This document shows, one piece after another, positions 20,446-29,771 of a DNA stretch of 64,000 nucleotides. The stretch covers positions 16,243 to 80,242 of the forward strand of contig DAYD01000023.1 of NCBI GenBank assembly GCA_002506755.1, in the 5' to 3' direction. Source of the DNA: Euryarchaeota archaeon UBA462. Lineage in GTDB: Archaea > Thermoplasmatota > Poseidoniia > Poseidoniales > Thalassarchaeaceae. How positions within the stretch are numbered: position 1 is the stretch's first letter; each line of letters opens with the position of its first letter. Made by a program: the position numbers and the translations under genes. The notes beneath the pieces are model-generated. The model searched no databases. It was not told where the DNA came from and worked only from the letters and a program-made list of their open reading frames with translations.

Positions 20446-21969
20446 TTATCCTTCAGTGATCAGCCTATGCAGGGTCCGAACATGAACTCCGGAACTTCCG
20501 TATTGAAAGAGAGGATTAACTCCCTCTGATCGTGCCTTAGATCCAGGCCCCCATGCCGTCCCAGCGATATCTAAGTGGACCCATGGAATCTTTTCAGCCT
20601 CTTCATCAAATCCTCTATGAGGCACGAAAAACTCCAAAAATGAAGCAGCCGAATTAGAAGAACCAGCTCTTCCCCCTATAGATCCGTTCCTGATGTCTGC
20701 GAATGCTGAGTCTGTCATGTATCTTCTGAATTGTGAGTTTAGTGGCATCCTCCATACTGATTCCCCGCATCTAGATGCCGCCTTCTTCATCCTTTTTGCA
20801 ATGGCCTCGTTATTTGACCACATCCCTGAGATCTGATTGCCAAGGGCGGTAACCACGGCACCGGTAAGTGTCGCTAAGTCTACAATATATTCCGGATCGA
20901 ATTCACCGGCCTTCCAAAGTCCGTCTGAGAGTACATTTCTGCCCTCTGCATCGGTGCTGAACACCTCCACGGTCTTACCAGAATAGGTCTTGAATACGTC
21001 ACCAGGCCTGTATGCCCCCGATCCAGGCATGTTTTCCGCCAGACAAGCTATTCCGTTTACTCGACCCTTGTGGCCTGTAGCGTAAAGCGACTCCATCAGG
21101 CCAAAAACTGTTGCAGCACCGCACATATCGTATTTCATGTCCCACATTCCGCCACTGGGTTTTATCGAAATTCCACCAGTATCGAAGGTGATCCCTTTGC
21201 CGACTATACACGGTCTTTTCTCTCCTTTATCGGCATCTGGGTTCAGGGTGAAGAGGACCATGCAAGGCTTCCTATCGCTTCCTTTACCGACATTGATGTG
21301 CCCTCCCATGCCCAAATCCTGTAATTTTTCCCAATCATAGACTTCAACCTTTACCCCATCTTTGTCCTTGGCCCATTTTTGGGCTCTACGAGCATATTCC
21401 ATTGGGTATAATACGTTAGCAGGTTCATTTCCAAGGTCTCTTGCGATGTGGACACCACGAACGACTGAACGTGCGATGAAAAGACCCTCTGCTAAGCTAT
21501 CTTGATATCTGGCACTGGCTTGAAAGTCAACACTCCATTCCTCACTTATGTGTTCTTTGGGCAGTTCTTGGTGCTCGAGAAACTCGTAGTCCCTGAGCAT
21601 CATTCCCTCCGCGAAGTCTACCATTCTACGCGTTGACCATCCTGAAGTGAACCTGACCGTTACTCCGACCCCCTTTTTTTTCGACATGGAAGCAATCAGT
21701 CTGGCACCAGTATTTCTGGCCCTCTTGTGCCCAAACGATTCTTTGCCCCCCATGCCAACCAGAATGATGTTGCACCCAGGAGTCCAAATCGTCATTCTCT
21801 TCCCCTTCTTCGCATCAAATTCTCCAGAGGACAGAGCTTCTTTGACAAGCTTCCTCTGACTTCTTCCCAACCCAGCTAGAGAGTTATTTGGGGGCTTATT
21901 ATTACCTTCAAACAGAGGGAGGATCAATTGTGACCCAACCTCTTCAAATCCTCCATTGCTAATTTGCAT
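20446..21969 (-). CDS. pepA: Leucyl aminopeptidase (M17)
   Basis: VGKGITFDTGG and STDAEGRNVLSDG motifs. ATG at 21969; the track start at 22011 is a TTG. Confidence 0.85.
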   Translation of the reverse strand: MQISNGGFEEVGSQLILPLFEGNNKPPNNSLAGLGRSQRKLVKEALSSGEFDAKKGKRMTIWTPGCNIILVGMGGKESFGHKRARNTGARLIASMSKKKGVGVTVRFTSGWSTRRMVDFAEGMMLRDYEFLEHQELPKEHISEEWSVDFQASARYQDSLAEGLFIARSVVRGVHIARDLGNEPANVLYPMEYARRAQKWAKDKDGVKVEVYDWEKLQDLGMGGHINVGKGSDRKPCMVLFTLNPDADKGEKRPCIVGKGITFDTGGISIKPSGGMWDMKYDMCGAATVFGLMESLYATGHKGRVNGIACLAENMPGSGAYRPGDVFKTYSGKTVEVFSTDAEGRNVLSDGLWKAGEFDPEYIVDLATLTGAVVTALGNQISGMWSNNEAIAKRMKKAASRCGESVWRMPLNSQFRRYMTDSAFADIRNGSIGGRAGSSNSAASFLEFFVPHRGFDEEAEKIPWVHLDIAGTAWGPGSKARSEGVNPLFQYGSSGVHVRTLHRLITEG

Positions 21970-22018
21970 AAATAGTCCCAACAATACGATTAGTCGACAG
22001 TTTACAAACAATTCCTTT

Positions 22019-22025
22019 AAAAAAA
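22019..22025 (-). terminator. Oligo-T tract downstream of the M14 carboxypeptidase gene
   Basis: T7 on the minus strand, 13-19 nt after the TAG stop at 22038-22040. Archaeal termination commonly uses oligo-T tracts. Confidence 0.35.
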
Positions 22026-22037
22026 TGACTCTTTAGA

Positions 22038-23477
22038 CTATTTTTTCTGAGGAAGATATTTACTTCTCCTTGTATTAAATGATGCAACTAGTAGGCAAAT
22101 CAAGCTAAGGATTAGCGATGGTGATGGAATAGACCTCAGCTCTCCAATGATGGATGCGTCATCCGATTCTCCAAAAATGACTAATGTGCCGTTTACTTGT
22201 TCTGAGACCCACTGGGAAGAGTCAATCACCCTCTTTTGATAGGATAGAATCATTTGACCACCATCGGTAATTTGGACATCTCCAAAATCCAGCGTAATCT
22301 GTGAACTATTGGTGGCATTGACTCCGAATCCACAACCCGGTAATGAGTAATTGAAAACTCCAATATCGGTAACACAAGGTTTTTTTTCAAGACTAGAAAT
22401 TTGGGGAAGAATCTGTTCTCCCTCTTCACTGATGTAAACAAGCGTTGCATTAGCGGTGCTTGCCCTTCCGAGATTCGATATAGCCAGATTGACTACCGAT
22501 CCATCTACGACTATGGAATCCACTACTAGTCTCGCTCTCCAATACCAAACGTTTTCAATTAGGTATTCCATTACATCAAGCTCCTCATCCAACCTTTCAG
22601 AAATCGCCTCAAGAGAACCAAGCAGGAACTGCTCGTCATCCGTTTCGAAGGTAAACGTGGGATATCCCATAACTCCATACCCATAATCTCTGCTAGTTCC
22701 ACAATTGGGATACAAACCCTGGTTGGCGTTTCGGATAGGGATATCTGAGATATTGGCATTGATCTCGTCCCTAATATGGTGGTACATCTCCCAGTCAGAG
22801 GGCTGCTCGGGCCACTTACCCCAAGGATAGAGCATAATCCAAACGCCGGTGTGCATCGTGATATACAAGTCGGCATCAGGAACAACCTCGTTCATGTAAA
22901 TCGAATTCGCCAAAGTCTCGGACTCGCTAAACGCAGCGCTACCAGGTTGGGTAGTGGGACATGTGTTCCAATAGTGGTCGTAGTTCCTGTTCAGATCTAC
23001 CTGGTTAACATTCCATCTTGTATCGAAATCGTTGCCATCTGCATTCAGCATGATGAGTATGTGCAATTCCGTCGTAGCAAGGAGATCCATAACATCTTGG
23101 TCCCCTTCTTCCCAACCTTCAATGTAAAGCTCCGCGGTCAGGAATGCGAGCTCTGTTCCAAGATGCTCATTTCCATGGTGTCCACCATCGATGTAAACCA
23201 CCTCCTTCGGGCTACCATCTGGCCTTGCTTCATTGCTCCAATCTGAGATCTGCAGCATCCATAGATTCCTTCCTAATTCTGTACTCCCAACTACGAGCAG
23301 TTTCACTATATCCGGATGATCATCGGCCCACGCATTGACATCCAAAGTTAGTGTTGCATATGAGTGGTACCAGTGCTCTTGGACTAAGTCCGGCTGAGAA
23401 ATTTGTCCCGAGGTTATTGGCGATACTGACGATGCTACCAATAATGCGAGGATTAGCGATACCGTGCTTCGCCCCAT
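22038..23477 (-). CDS. Secreted, membrane-anchored M14 zinc carboxypeptidase
   Basis: Signal peptide MGRSTVSLILALLVASSVSP, Zn motif GGHHGNEHLG (HxxE), and a C-terminal hydrophobic helix plus RRSKYLPQKK. Confidence 0.8.
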   Translation of the reverse strand: MGRSTVSLILALLVASSVSPITSGQISQPDLVQEHWYHSYATLTLDVNAWADDHPDIVKLLVVGSTELGRNLWMLQISDWSNEARPDGSPKEVVYIDGGHHGNEHLGTELAFLTAELYIEGWEEGDQDVMDLLATTELHILIMLNADGNDFDTRWNVNQVDLNRNYDHYWNTCPTTQPGSAAFSESETLANSIYMNEVVPDADLYITMHTGVWIMLYPWGKWPEQPSDWEMYHHIRDEINANISDIPIRNANQGLYPNCGTSRDYGYGVMGYPTFTFETDDEQFLLGSLEAISERLDEELDVMEYLIENVWYWRARLVVDSIVVDGSVVNLAISNLGRASTANATLVYISEEGEQILPQISSLEKKPCVTDIGVFNYSLPGCGFGVNATNSSQITLDFGDVQITDGGQMILSYQKRVIDSSQWVSEQVNGTLVIFGESDDASIIGELRSIPSPSLILSLICLLVASFNTRRSKYLPQKK

Positions 23478-23509
23478 ACATCGCCTCAGATAGTGATAAG
23501 ATTCAATGG

Positions 23510-24442
23510 TTATGCATTATTGTTTATTAGATTTGCAATATGGCAGGCGACTATCTTGGTAGAAACCAGAGCGGCGCTAAACTGTGTCAGAGAACCTTGA
23601 GTATCGGGTACTATTTCGTTAATGTCTGCCCCGATAACGGTGCATTTTTCTGAAGAGAATAGATTCTCGATTATTTCAACCGCCCCCCAGTGGCTAAGAC
23701 CACCTGGCATGGGGGTGCCAGTTGAAGGGACTAAGGAACCATCCAGCCCATCAACATCGAATGTAATCCACACCGGTCCTTCGATTTCGGAAATACTGGC
23801 AATCATCTTATCCCAGTTGGATAGGTGTTCGGAAACCGATAGAAGATCACCCGCAAACCATGTTTGAATCCTATCATCCTGCCGAATCATGGACTCTTCC
23901 TCGGAACTCAAAGCTCTGACGCCAATTTGTACCACATTACCGACTCCTGCTTCCAATGACCTCCTGATAACAGTTCCATGCGAAAATCTCTCACCATTCA
24001 GCTCGTCTCTCAAATCAGCATGTGCATCGATTTGCACAATAGTGATGTCGGAAATTTTTCTTACAAGCCTGTGATTTTCCATAGCTTCGATAATTGGGAG
24101 AAGTATCCCATGCTCGCCACCTAGTATCAAAGGGAAATCAGCGCTTCTAATCCACTTCTTTACATAATCCCTTATCGAGTTTAATTGCTCTCTCAGGGAC
24201 GGGGCGTCGGAAGACCATTTTGGCGCCGTCAGTATCTTGAAACCGCAAGGTAAGTCGTTTTCCAGCACTCTATCGTTTAGCTCAACTTGGGAACTAGCCT
24301 CGATACATGCATCCGGCCCCCTTTCAGTTCCTTCTCCGTAGCTTACAGAAATCTCTAATGGAACTGGCAAAACAACAATGTCCCATGGGCCCAATTCTGA
24401 CTCTTCTAAACCTAGGAAAGTTGGTGAGCTCCAATCTCCCAT
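23510..24442 (-). CDS. speB: Agmatinase/ureohydrolase family
   Basis: GGEHGI, DAHADL and FDVDGLD manganese-binding motifs. Confidence 0.8.
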   Translation of the reverse strand: MGDWSSPTFLGLEESELGPWDIVVLPVPLEISVSYGEGTERGPDACIEASSQVELNDRVLENDLPCGFKILTAPKWSSDAPSLREQLNSIRDYVKKWIRSADFPLILGGEHGILLPIIEAMENHRLVRKISDITIVQIDAHADLRDELNGERFSHGTVIRRSLEAGVGNVVQIGVRALSSEEESMIRQDDRIQTWFAGDLLSVSEHLSNWDKMIASISEIEGPVWITFDVDGLDGSLVPSTGTPMPGGLSHWGAVEIIENLFSSEKCTVIGADINEIVPDTQGSLTQFSAALVSTKIVACHIANLINNNA

Positions 24443-24554
24443 AACTGATGGAAGGGAAATCTAAGATTAACTACTTCGCATCTAGGTCGTGATTTCCAAA
24501 CATCGAGTAAGATGGTTGAAATATTCTTGTCATCCGCTTAGGTCCGGTGGAAGC

Positions 24555-24968
24555 ATGGGACTGACTCTGGCACAACTCACACAAGCCATCAAGAGTAAAG
24601 TGGATGTCTCCATGGAAACCACTGTGGCAGAATCCATAGCAGAGCACGCGCTTGGCTTTTTTGGATTTTCAAACAGAATTATTGACAACGCTCTGGAACC
24701 AACTGACAGGAACTTGTTTTATCAATTGCAAGATTACGATCTCTTGACTACGGAGTCCGAAGAAACAACCCTCTGGGATGGAAGGGAATGGAGAATACAC
24801 TATTGGAAGTTTAAGCCCAATGCTGAGAACTTTGCGAGCTTAGTTAATCAAGCCAACCAGAGCAAGGAAAACGAAGACCCATATGCAGACATATACGATG
24901 GAATGCCTGCAGATCTCTGGCGAGAGAGATCTGGGGTGGATGACGACTACGAGGAGCCCCTTTTCTAG
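24555..24968 (+). CDS. Hypothetical acidic protein (137 aa)
   Basis: ATG at 24555 is preceded by GGTGGA. The track start at 24489 is a GTG. No family recognised. Confidence 0.5.
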   Translation: MGLTLAQLTQAIKSKVDVSMETTVAESIAEHALGFFGFSNRIIDNALEPTDRNLFYQLQDYDLLTTESEETTLWDGREWRIHYWKFKPNAENFASLVNQANQSKENEDPYADIYDGMPADLWRERSGVDDDYEEPLF

Positions 24969-25025
24969 GATTTTTATCTAGCATATCGGGCATTGGTTGA
25001 AATGTCCCTGCATCAAGAGGTACCT

Positions 25026-28000
25026 ATGGCAAGAGCGTTTGCGCTAATCGCCGTGCTTTCCTTTCTAGCCGTATGCATCCCTTCATCCATAGCATGGGCC
25101 GAGGATAATCAATCAATAATCTGCCAAATATTAGTTGACTGGGATGAAGAGCTTCAGTTGGAAGAAACCGGAGAAATTGGCTATTCTATTATCCACAGGT
25201 ACAAGGTATCATTTGACCCCCCATTTACAAATGGAACTTCACCATCTTCGGTTGTTTTATCAGCTCAACACCTTCGAAATCAAATGGAACTAGCAGGAAA
25301 TAACACCTCTTCACTAATCGCGGGCGGTGAAATAGACCTAATCATGCCAGAATCACCAGAATTCGGGGACTATGTGTCAATTTCAGTACAATCAGATCAG
25401 GCAGTTTGCAGTAGATCTTTGAGTATAACTAATTGGAACCAGCCAATATCCGACCATGAGATCACCAGAGAGACGTCCTGGTCAGTTTCAGGAATCGAAG
25501 ACAATCATCAAGGTATTTCCTTTGAAGGACGCGGGTGGCAAAAGAGATCTGGAAGCTTATTGGAATCCAATGAATTGGGAAATGGAACTCTATTCCTGGA
25601 CTTAAGTAACGATTCCTCAGGAGGATTGATTGATCTTGATTTGGACAGAATATGGCTGAATGAGACCTATGATGGGATCGAGCTAATCTCTCAAGAGTTT
25701 GAGATGTCCGGACTCGGGAACCTGACCATCAACACGGGAGATGGTGGTGACGGTGCTCAGATCGATGCTTGGATAAATGATGCTTACGTATTTAGATCAT
25801 ACAAAGACGGTAAGGTCTCCGAAAGAATGAGATTCCAAGGAGATGGTTGGCTATCAATTGACGGGGGGGATAATGAGAGTTCTGGGGGCGTTTATGGGGA
25901 GGTATTCTTGCTATACTTCGAGATTTGGGATGAGGATGGATTTAGGAGGCTTCAGGATCTGCAAGTAGAGGCGAATGCAACAGCCAGACTTTCTGCAGTT
26001 GATGAGTATTTTTCGTTCGATTTAGACGAGCTAATCTTAAGAGAAAAGTGGGAGGAGGGTGCGAGAACTGATCAGTATTCGCGAATCTACGGAAGCGGTC
26101 ATTTTGATTTCGTAGCCTCAGAGGATAGCCCATACATAGAGATGAATGGAACAATTCCACTTCTTCACTTCCAATCTGAAGATGGGGAAACTGTAGCCGA
26201 CTCCATTATTGTCGATGGAACATACGATGGAGATGCTCAAGGAACCTTCGGGCTAGTTCGAAAAATAGTTGAATCTGGGGTCTTTCAAAACGCCACTGGA
26301 GAGTACTTCGAGGCAGATAAAATTCAAAACGAGCTCTGGTTCAATATCTCTGCTACCCCATTCGGACCAATCAGTCAAGAGTGGGGGGCTGAACACAATC
26401 TCACTTACGAGTACGTAGTGCCTCAGGAGGATTGGTCGAACAGAACAATTCGATACACATATGTGAACGATAATGGAACAGAAGAGGATGAATTTCCACA
26501 CAATTCTCCTATTATTGCCAGTGTAGAACCGCCGGAGGCGAATCCCATCTTCTCGGACCACATCTCAAGGGAAACTGGAGTATGCCCCCAGCTCGTTTCA
26601 GTGGGCGATAAATTCTCTTTGATTGGAAATTCGGCAATGATTCTGCAAGTCTCAGTCACGGAAACCACTTCTGAGATGGTAGACGGACATAACATCACAG
26701 TTGCCCACTGGTCGGGTACATTCGGAGATCAGAGTTCTGCCAATGGTTCTGTGATAAACGAAGGACCACTTTCAGGCTTGTTAAACGAGGCGACGAGAAC
26801 TGTTAGAATTGGGATGGGGGAAGAGCAATTGTCATTCATCGAAAGTCAGCGAGTCGAAAGGATACTTTATCCTCCAATTGTCACATTTGACGAAAACACG
26901 CCTCCCTTACTCGATACAGAGCTAGTATCGCCAATAAGATTCCGGGAAGGAATACTGACCAGTGAGGGGGGTGTTGCACATTTGGAGGTAGTAGTCAATG
27001 ACGTGGACACTGACACTTCTAGCGTTAGCGTGGACCTCAATGGGATCGGATTGGGCATCATAGAGCTCTCTGACTCGGGACTAATGGGTGATCAAGTCAT
27101 TCATGATGATATTTGGACGGCCAGGATTTCTCATGATGGTCTCCAACATGGGATAATACCAGTTACTGTGTTTATGGAGGACTATTGGATGACGGTACAG
27201 TATGAATCGACTGTAATTGTTAGCAACCCCCCTCCCAGGTTACTGGAGATAGAATACACCCCTAGTGAGACATTTAGAGGGGATATGGTAGAAATTAAGG
27301 TTGGTGTTTTTGATGCACACGGAATAAAATCTGTCTCTGTAAATCTGCTAGGCATGGGAGGGGGTATTTCTCCTCTCCAATTAGCCGGAGAATATGACTG
27401 GGAGTGGGAATTCGAAGGCTCGTCTAGGATAGATACCGTAGAATCTTGGTTCGGTGTATTTGAAGTTCCAAATAGCTTTGCCCCGGGAATGCAGAACATA
27501 CCAATCCTCGTTGAGGACAATAATGGCTCATCAACATCCACTACATTCACGGGGAGCATCGTAACGAGTATGCCCCTGGTATCAGCAGACAAGCTACAAA
27601 TCTCCAATCAACCACCCTCAATTTCTAACATTACCTTGGTGAGCGGGAGTATTGTAGTCGAATCTGTACTAATCCCCCTGTCTGGAAATGGTATGAACTA
27701 CTCCCTTGAAGCAGCAGTACAAGACATTGACGGAATTTCCTCTGTTCAGGCTAAGATAGGCAGGCTTGCACCCATAGGAAAGTCCGAGTCCTGGATTTTA
27801 ATGACAGATGATGGCACCGGGGCAGATCGAGTAGCAGGAGATGGGGTTTACTCGCTATACTTTACCGCCAGATCTTCCCTTGGGGAAGGAGAGATGTCGA
27901 TTCTAATTCGAGCGACAGACGTCTTTCAGGAGACAACAACTGCTGAAGATCAGGCGCACAGTGTCATAATCGTGAAGTCCATTTCAGGAAACTCTGACGC

Positions 28001-28112
28001 AAATTGGGTGCAAGAAAACTCAACTCAAATAATTCTAGGATCCCTTGGTATTCTATTATTTACTAGCATAATTGCTTTCTTTATCATCGTCAGGAATTCA
28101 GAGATAGAATAG
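25026..28112 (+). CDS. Large secreted surface protein with C-terminal TM anchor, no recognisable catalytic domain
   Basis: Signal peptide MARAFALIAVLSFLAVCIPSSIAWA after GAGGT. Many N-x-S/T sequons. C-terminal ILGSLGILLFTSIIAFFIIV followed by RNSEIE. Confidence 0.7.
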   Translation: MARAFALIAVLSFLAVCIPSSIAWAEDNQSIICQILVDWDEELQLEETGEIGYSIIHRYKVSFDPPFTNGTSPSSVVLSAQHLRNQMELAGNNTSSLIAGGEIDLIMPESPEFGDYVSISVQSDQAVCSRSLSITNWNQPISDHEITRETSWSVSGIEDNHQGISFEGRGWQKRSGSLLESNELGNGTLFLDLSNDSSGGLIDLDLDRIWLNETYDGIELISQEFEMSGLGNLTINTGDGGDGAQIDAWINDAYVFRSYKDGKVSERMRFQGDGWLSIDGGDNESSGGVYGEVFLLYFEIWDEDGFRRLQDLQVEANATARLSAVDEYFSFDLDELILREKWEEGARTDQYSRIYGSGHFDFVASEDSPYIEMNGTIPLLHFQSEDGETVADSIIVDGTYDGDAQGTFGLVRKIVESGVFQNATGEYFEADKIQNELWFNISATPFGPISQEWGAEHNLTYEYVVPQEDWSNRTIRYTYVNDNGTEEDEFPHNSPIIASVEPPEANPIFSDHISRETGVCPQLVSVGDKFSLIGNSAMILQVSVTETTSEMVDGHNITVAHWSGTFGDQSSANGSVINEGPLSGLLNEATRTVRIGMGEEQLSFIESQRVERILYPPIVTFDENTPPLLDTELVSPIRFREGILTSEGGVAHLEVVVNDVDTDTSSVSVDLNGIGLGIIELSDSGLMGDQVIHDDIWTARISHDGLQHGIIPVTVFMEDYWMTVQYESTVIVSNPPPRLLEIEYTPSETFRGDMVEIKVGVFDAHGIKSVSVNLLGMGGGISPLQLAGEYDWEWEFEGSSRIDTVESWFGVFEVPNSFAPGMQNIPILVEDNNGSSTSTTFTGSIVTSMPLVSADKLQISNQPPSISNITLVSGSIVVESVLIPLSGNGMNYSLEAAVQDIDGISSVQAKIGRLAPIGKSESWILMTDDGTGADRVAGDGVYSLYFTARSSLGEGEMSILIRATDVFQETTTAEDQAHSVIIVKSISGNSDANWVQENSTQIILGSLGILLFTSIIAFFIIVRNSEIE

Positions 28113-28114
28113 AT

Positions 28115-28189
28115 TGGTGCGAGTGCCGGGATTTGAACCCGGGTTCCCACGTTGGCAACGTGGGGTGATAACCGCTACACTACACTCGC
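28115..28189 (-). tRNA. tRNA-Gly (anticodon GCC), CCA encoded
   Basis: The reverse complement folds as a cloverleaf: acceptor GCGAGTG/CACTCGC, anticodon stem CCACG/CGTGG with loop TTGCCAA, T arm CCGGG-TTCAAAT-CCCGG, discriminator A, 3' CCA. Length is 75 nt. Confidence 0.9.
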
Positions 28190-28218
28190 CTAATTTTAGC
28201 GAAAACAGATTGGCTTTT

Positions 28219-28602
28219 CTAAGCGTCGGTATTGTCCGATGTCAGTTCCAGAACAAGATCCCATATCCTGTCTCGTGTTTTTCTGTATTCCTCAATTGAG
28301 CCACCTACGGGGTCTACCAATCCCCAGTCTTGGTCAATCGGTAATGAAGGACAACTTACTCCACATCCCATGCTAATTATCAAGTCAAAGCCATCAGGGT
28401 CGACAGATTCGATTGATTTTGGGTGCAATTCAGCGGTTTCAATGTCAAGCTCTTTTAACACCTTCAAAGCATTTCTAGCCACACCTCTGTTTTTCGGCGG
28501 ATGGGTCCCGGCCGAGTATGAATCATGCCCCATTTCCCTCGATATTGCTTCTGCCATTTGACTCCTGCAAGTATTTCCCACGCAGACAAAGAGGAGCCTC
28601 AT
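28219..28602 (-). CDS. Low-molecular-weight phosphatase family protein (ArsC-type arsenate reductase / LMW-PTP)
   Basis: CX5R P-loop LLFVCVGNTCRSQMAEA and a downstream Cys pair MGCGVSCP. ATG at 28602. Confidence 0.7.
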   Translation of the reverse strand: MRLLFVCVGNTCRSQMAEAISREMGHDSYSAGTHPPKNRGVARNALKVLKELDIETAELHPKSIESVDPDGFDLIISMGCGVSCPSLPIDQDWGLVDPVGGSIEEYRKTRDRIWDLVLELTSDNTDA

Positions 28603-28706
28603 ATGACTTTCATTTGGTGGGGGCGTATCAATTTCACCCCAATAGAAACTTGAGCAAGAAAATTTCATGGAATAGGATTCAATAAGATGTTCCCAGACGA
28701 GCCACT

Positions 28707-29720
28707 ATGGCAGATTCTCCAGTCTCACATCATCCTTCAGGTGGCGGCCAAGAATCTCCAGATTCTCAAGCCTCCAATGAACAGAAAGCCCAGATGGAGC
28801 AAGCCTATCAGCAGATGCAAAGAAAGATGCGAATCGGTAAAATGGACGAAGAAATCAAGCACAAAATTATGGTTCTTTCTGGAAAGGGAGGGGTGGGCAA
28901 GTCCACAGTAGCAACAGGGCTCGCTCTTTCTTTGGCCCGAAAGGGGAAGAATGTGGGCTTGATGGATATTGATATCACAGGCCCAAATGTCCCTAAGATG
29001 CTAGGGCTAGAAGAAGCAGAGCTCAATGTCGAGGATGGCCAGATTCACCCTGCAAATGGACCAAGTGGGGTAAAAGTAATTTCAATGGCATTCCTTCTTG
29101 AGGATCCTGATAAGCCAGTAATTTGGAGAGGGCCGATTAAGCTGGGTGCCATTCAGCAATTTATTGGCGACGTCGCTTGGGGTGAGCTTGACGCGTTGAT
29201 AATCGACTTCCCACCCGGAACGAGCGATGAGCCCCTAACAGTAAGTCAGAGCCTTCCAGGAATAGATGGCGTTGTCATAGTCACAACACCTCAGGAGGTA
29301 GCACTATTAGACAGTCGTAAGTCAATTAACTTTGCAAAGACCATCTCTGTCCCCGTTCTTGGAGTGGTCGAAAATATGAGCGGCTACAAGATTGTTGGGT
29401 CGACCCAGCCAAATCTCGACTTCTCAGTCATGGGCCCAGGGGGTATACCCATCGAATGCAAGTCTGATCAAGAGGGAAATTGGGAAGTAACTCTAGACGT
29501 TTTCAAATCTGGCGGAGGTAGGGACTCATCTAGTGAGATGGGCGTTCCATTCCTCGGATCTCTTCCATTTGACCCGGGTATAGTGAGGGGGGGTGATGAC
29601 GGGGTTCATAGGATAATAGCAGAACCCGATGGAGAAACTGCAAAGGCCTTTGAAAAAATAGTTGACAATATTATGGACCAGCTCGGAAAAAGCTCTGACA
29701 GGTCATTAAGAATAATTTGA
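28707..29720 (+). CDS. Mrp/NBP35/ApbC-family Fe-S cluster carrier ATPase
   Basis: Deviant Walker A VLSGKGGVGKSTVA, ENMSGY motif. Confidence 0.85.
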   Translation: MADSPVSHHPSGGGQESPDSQASNEQKAQMEQAYQQMQRKMRIGKMDEEIKHKIMVLSGKGGVGKSTVATGLALSLARKGKNVGLMDIDITGPNVPKMLGLEEAELNVEDGQIHPANGPSGVKVISMAFLLEDPDKPVIWRGPIKLGAIQQFIGDVAWGELDALIIDFPPGTSDEPLTVSQSLPGIDGVVIVTTPQEVALLDSRKSINFAKTISVPVLGVVENMSGYKIVGSTQPNLDFSVMGPGGIPIECKSDQEGNWEVTLDVFKSGGGRDSSSEMGVPFLGSLPFDPGIVRGGDDGVHRIIAEPDGETAKAFEKIVDNIMDQLGKSSDRSLRII

Positions 29721-29771
29721 GATGCTTAATTAGCGTCTAGTTGATGAAATAGTCACTCACCGGAAGGGTGA

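Noticed and set aside
28114-28299. 61-aa plus-strand ORF
   Set aside because: It is the complement of the tRNA-Gly gene and the arsC-like 3' end, so it is not coding.
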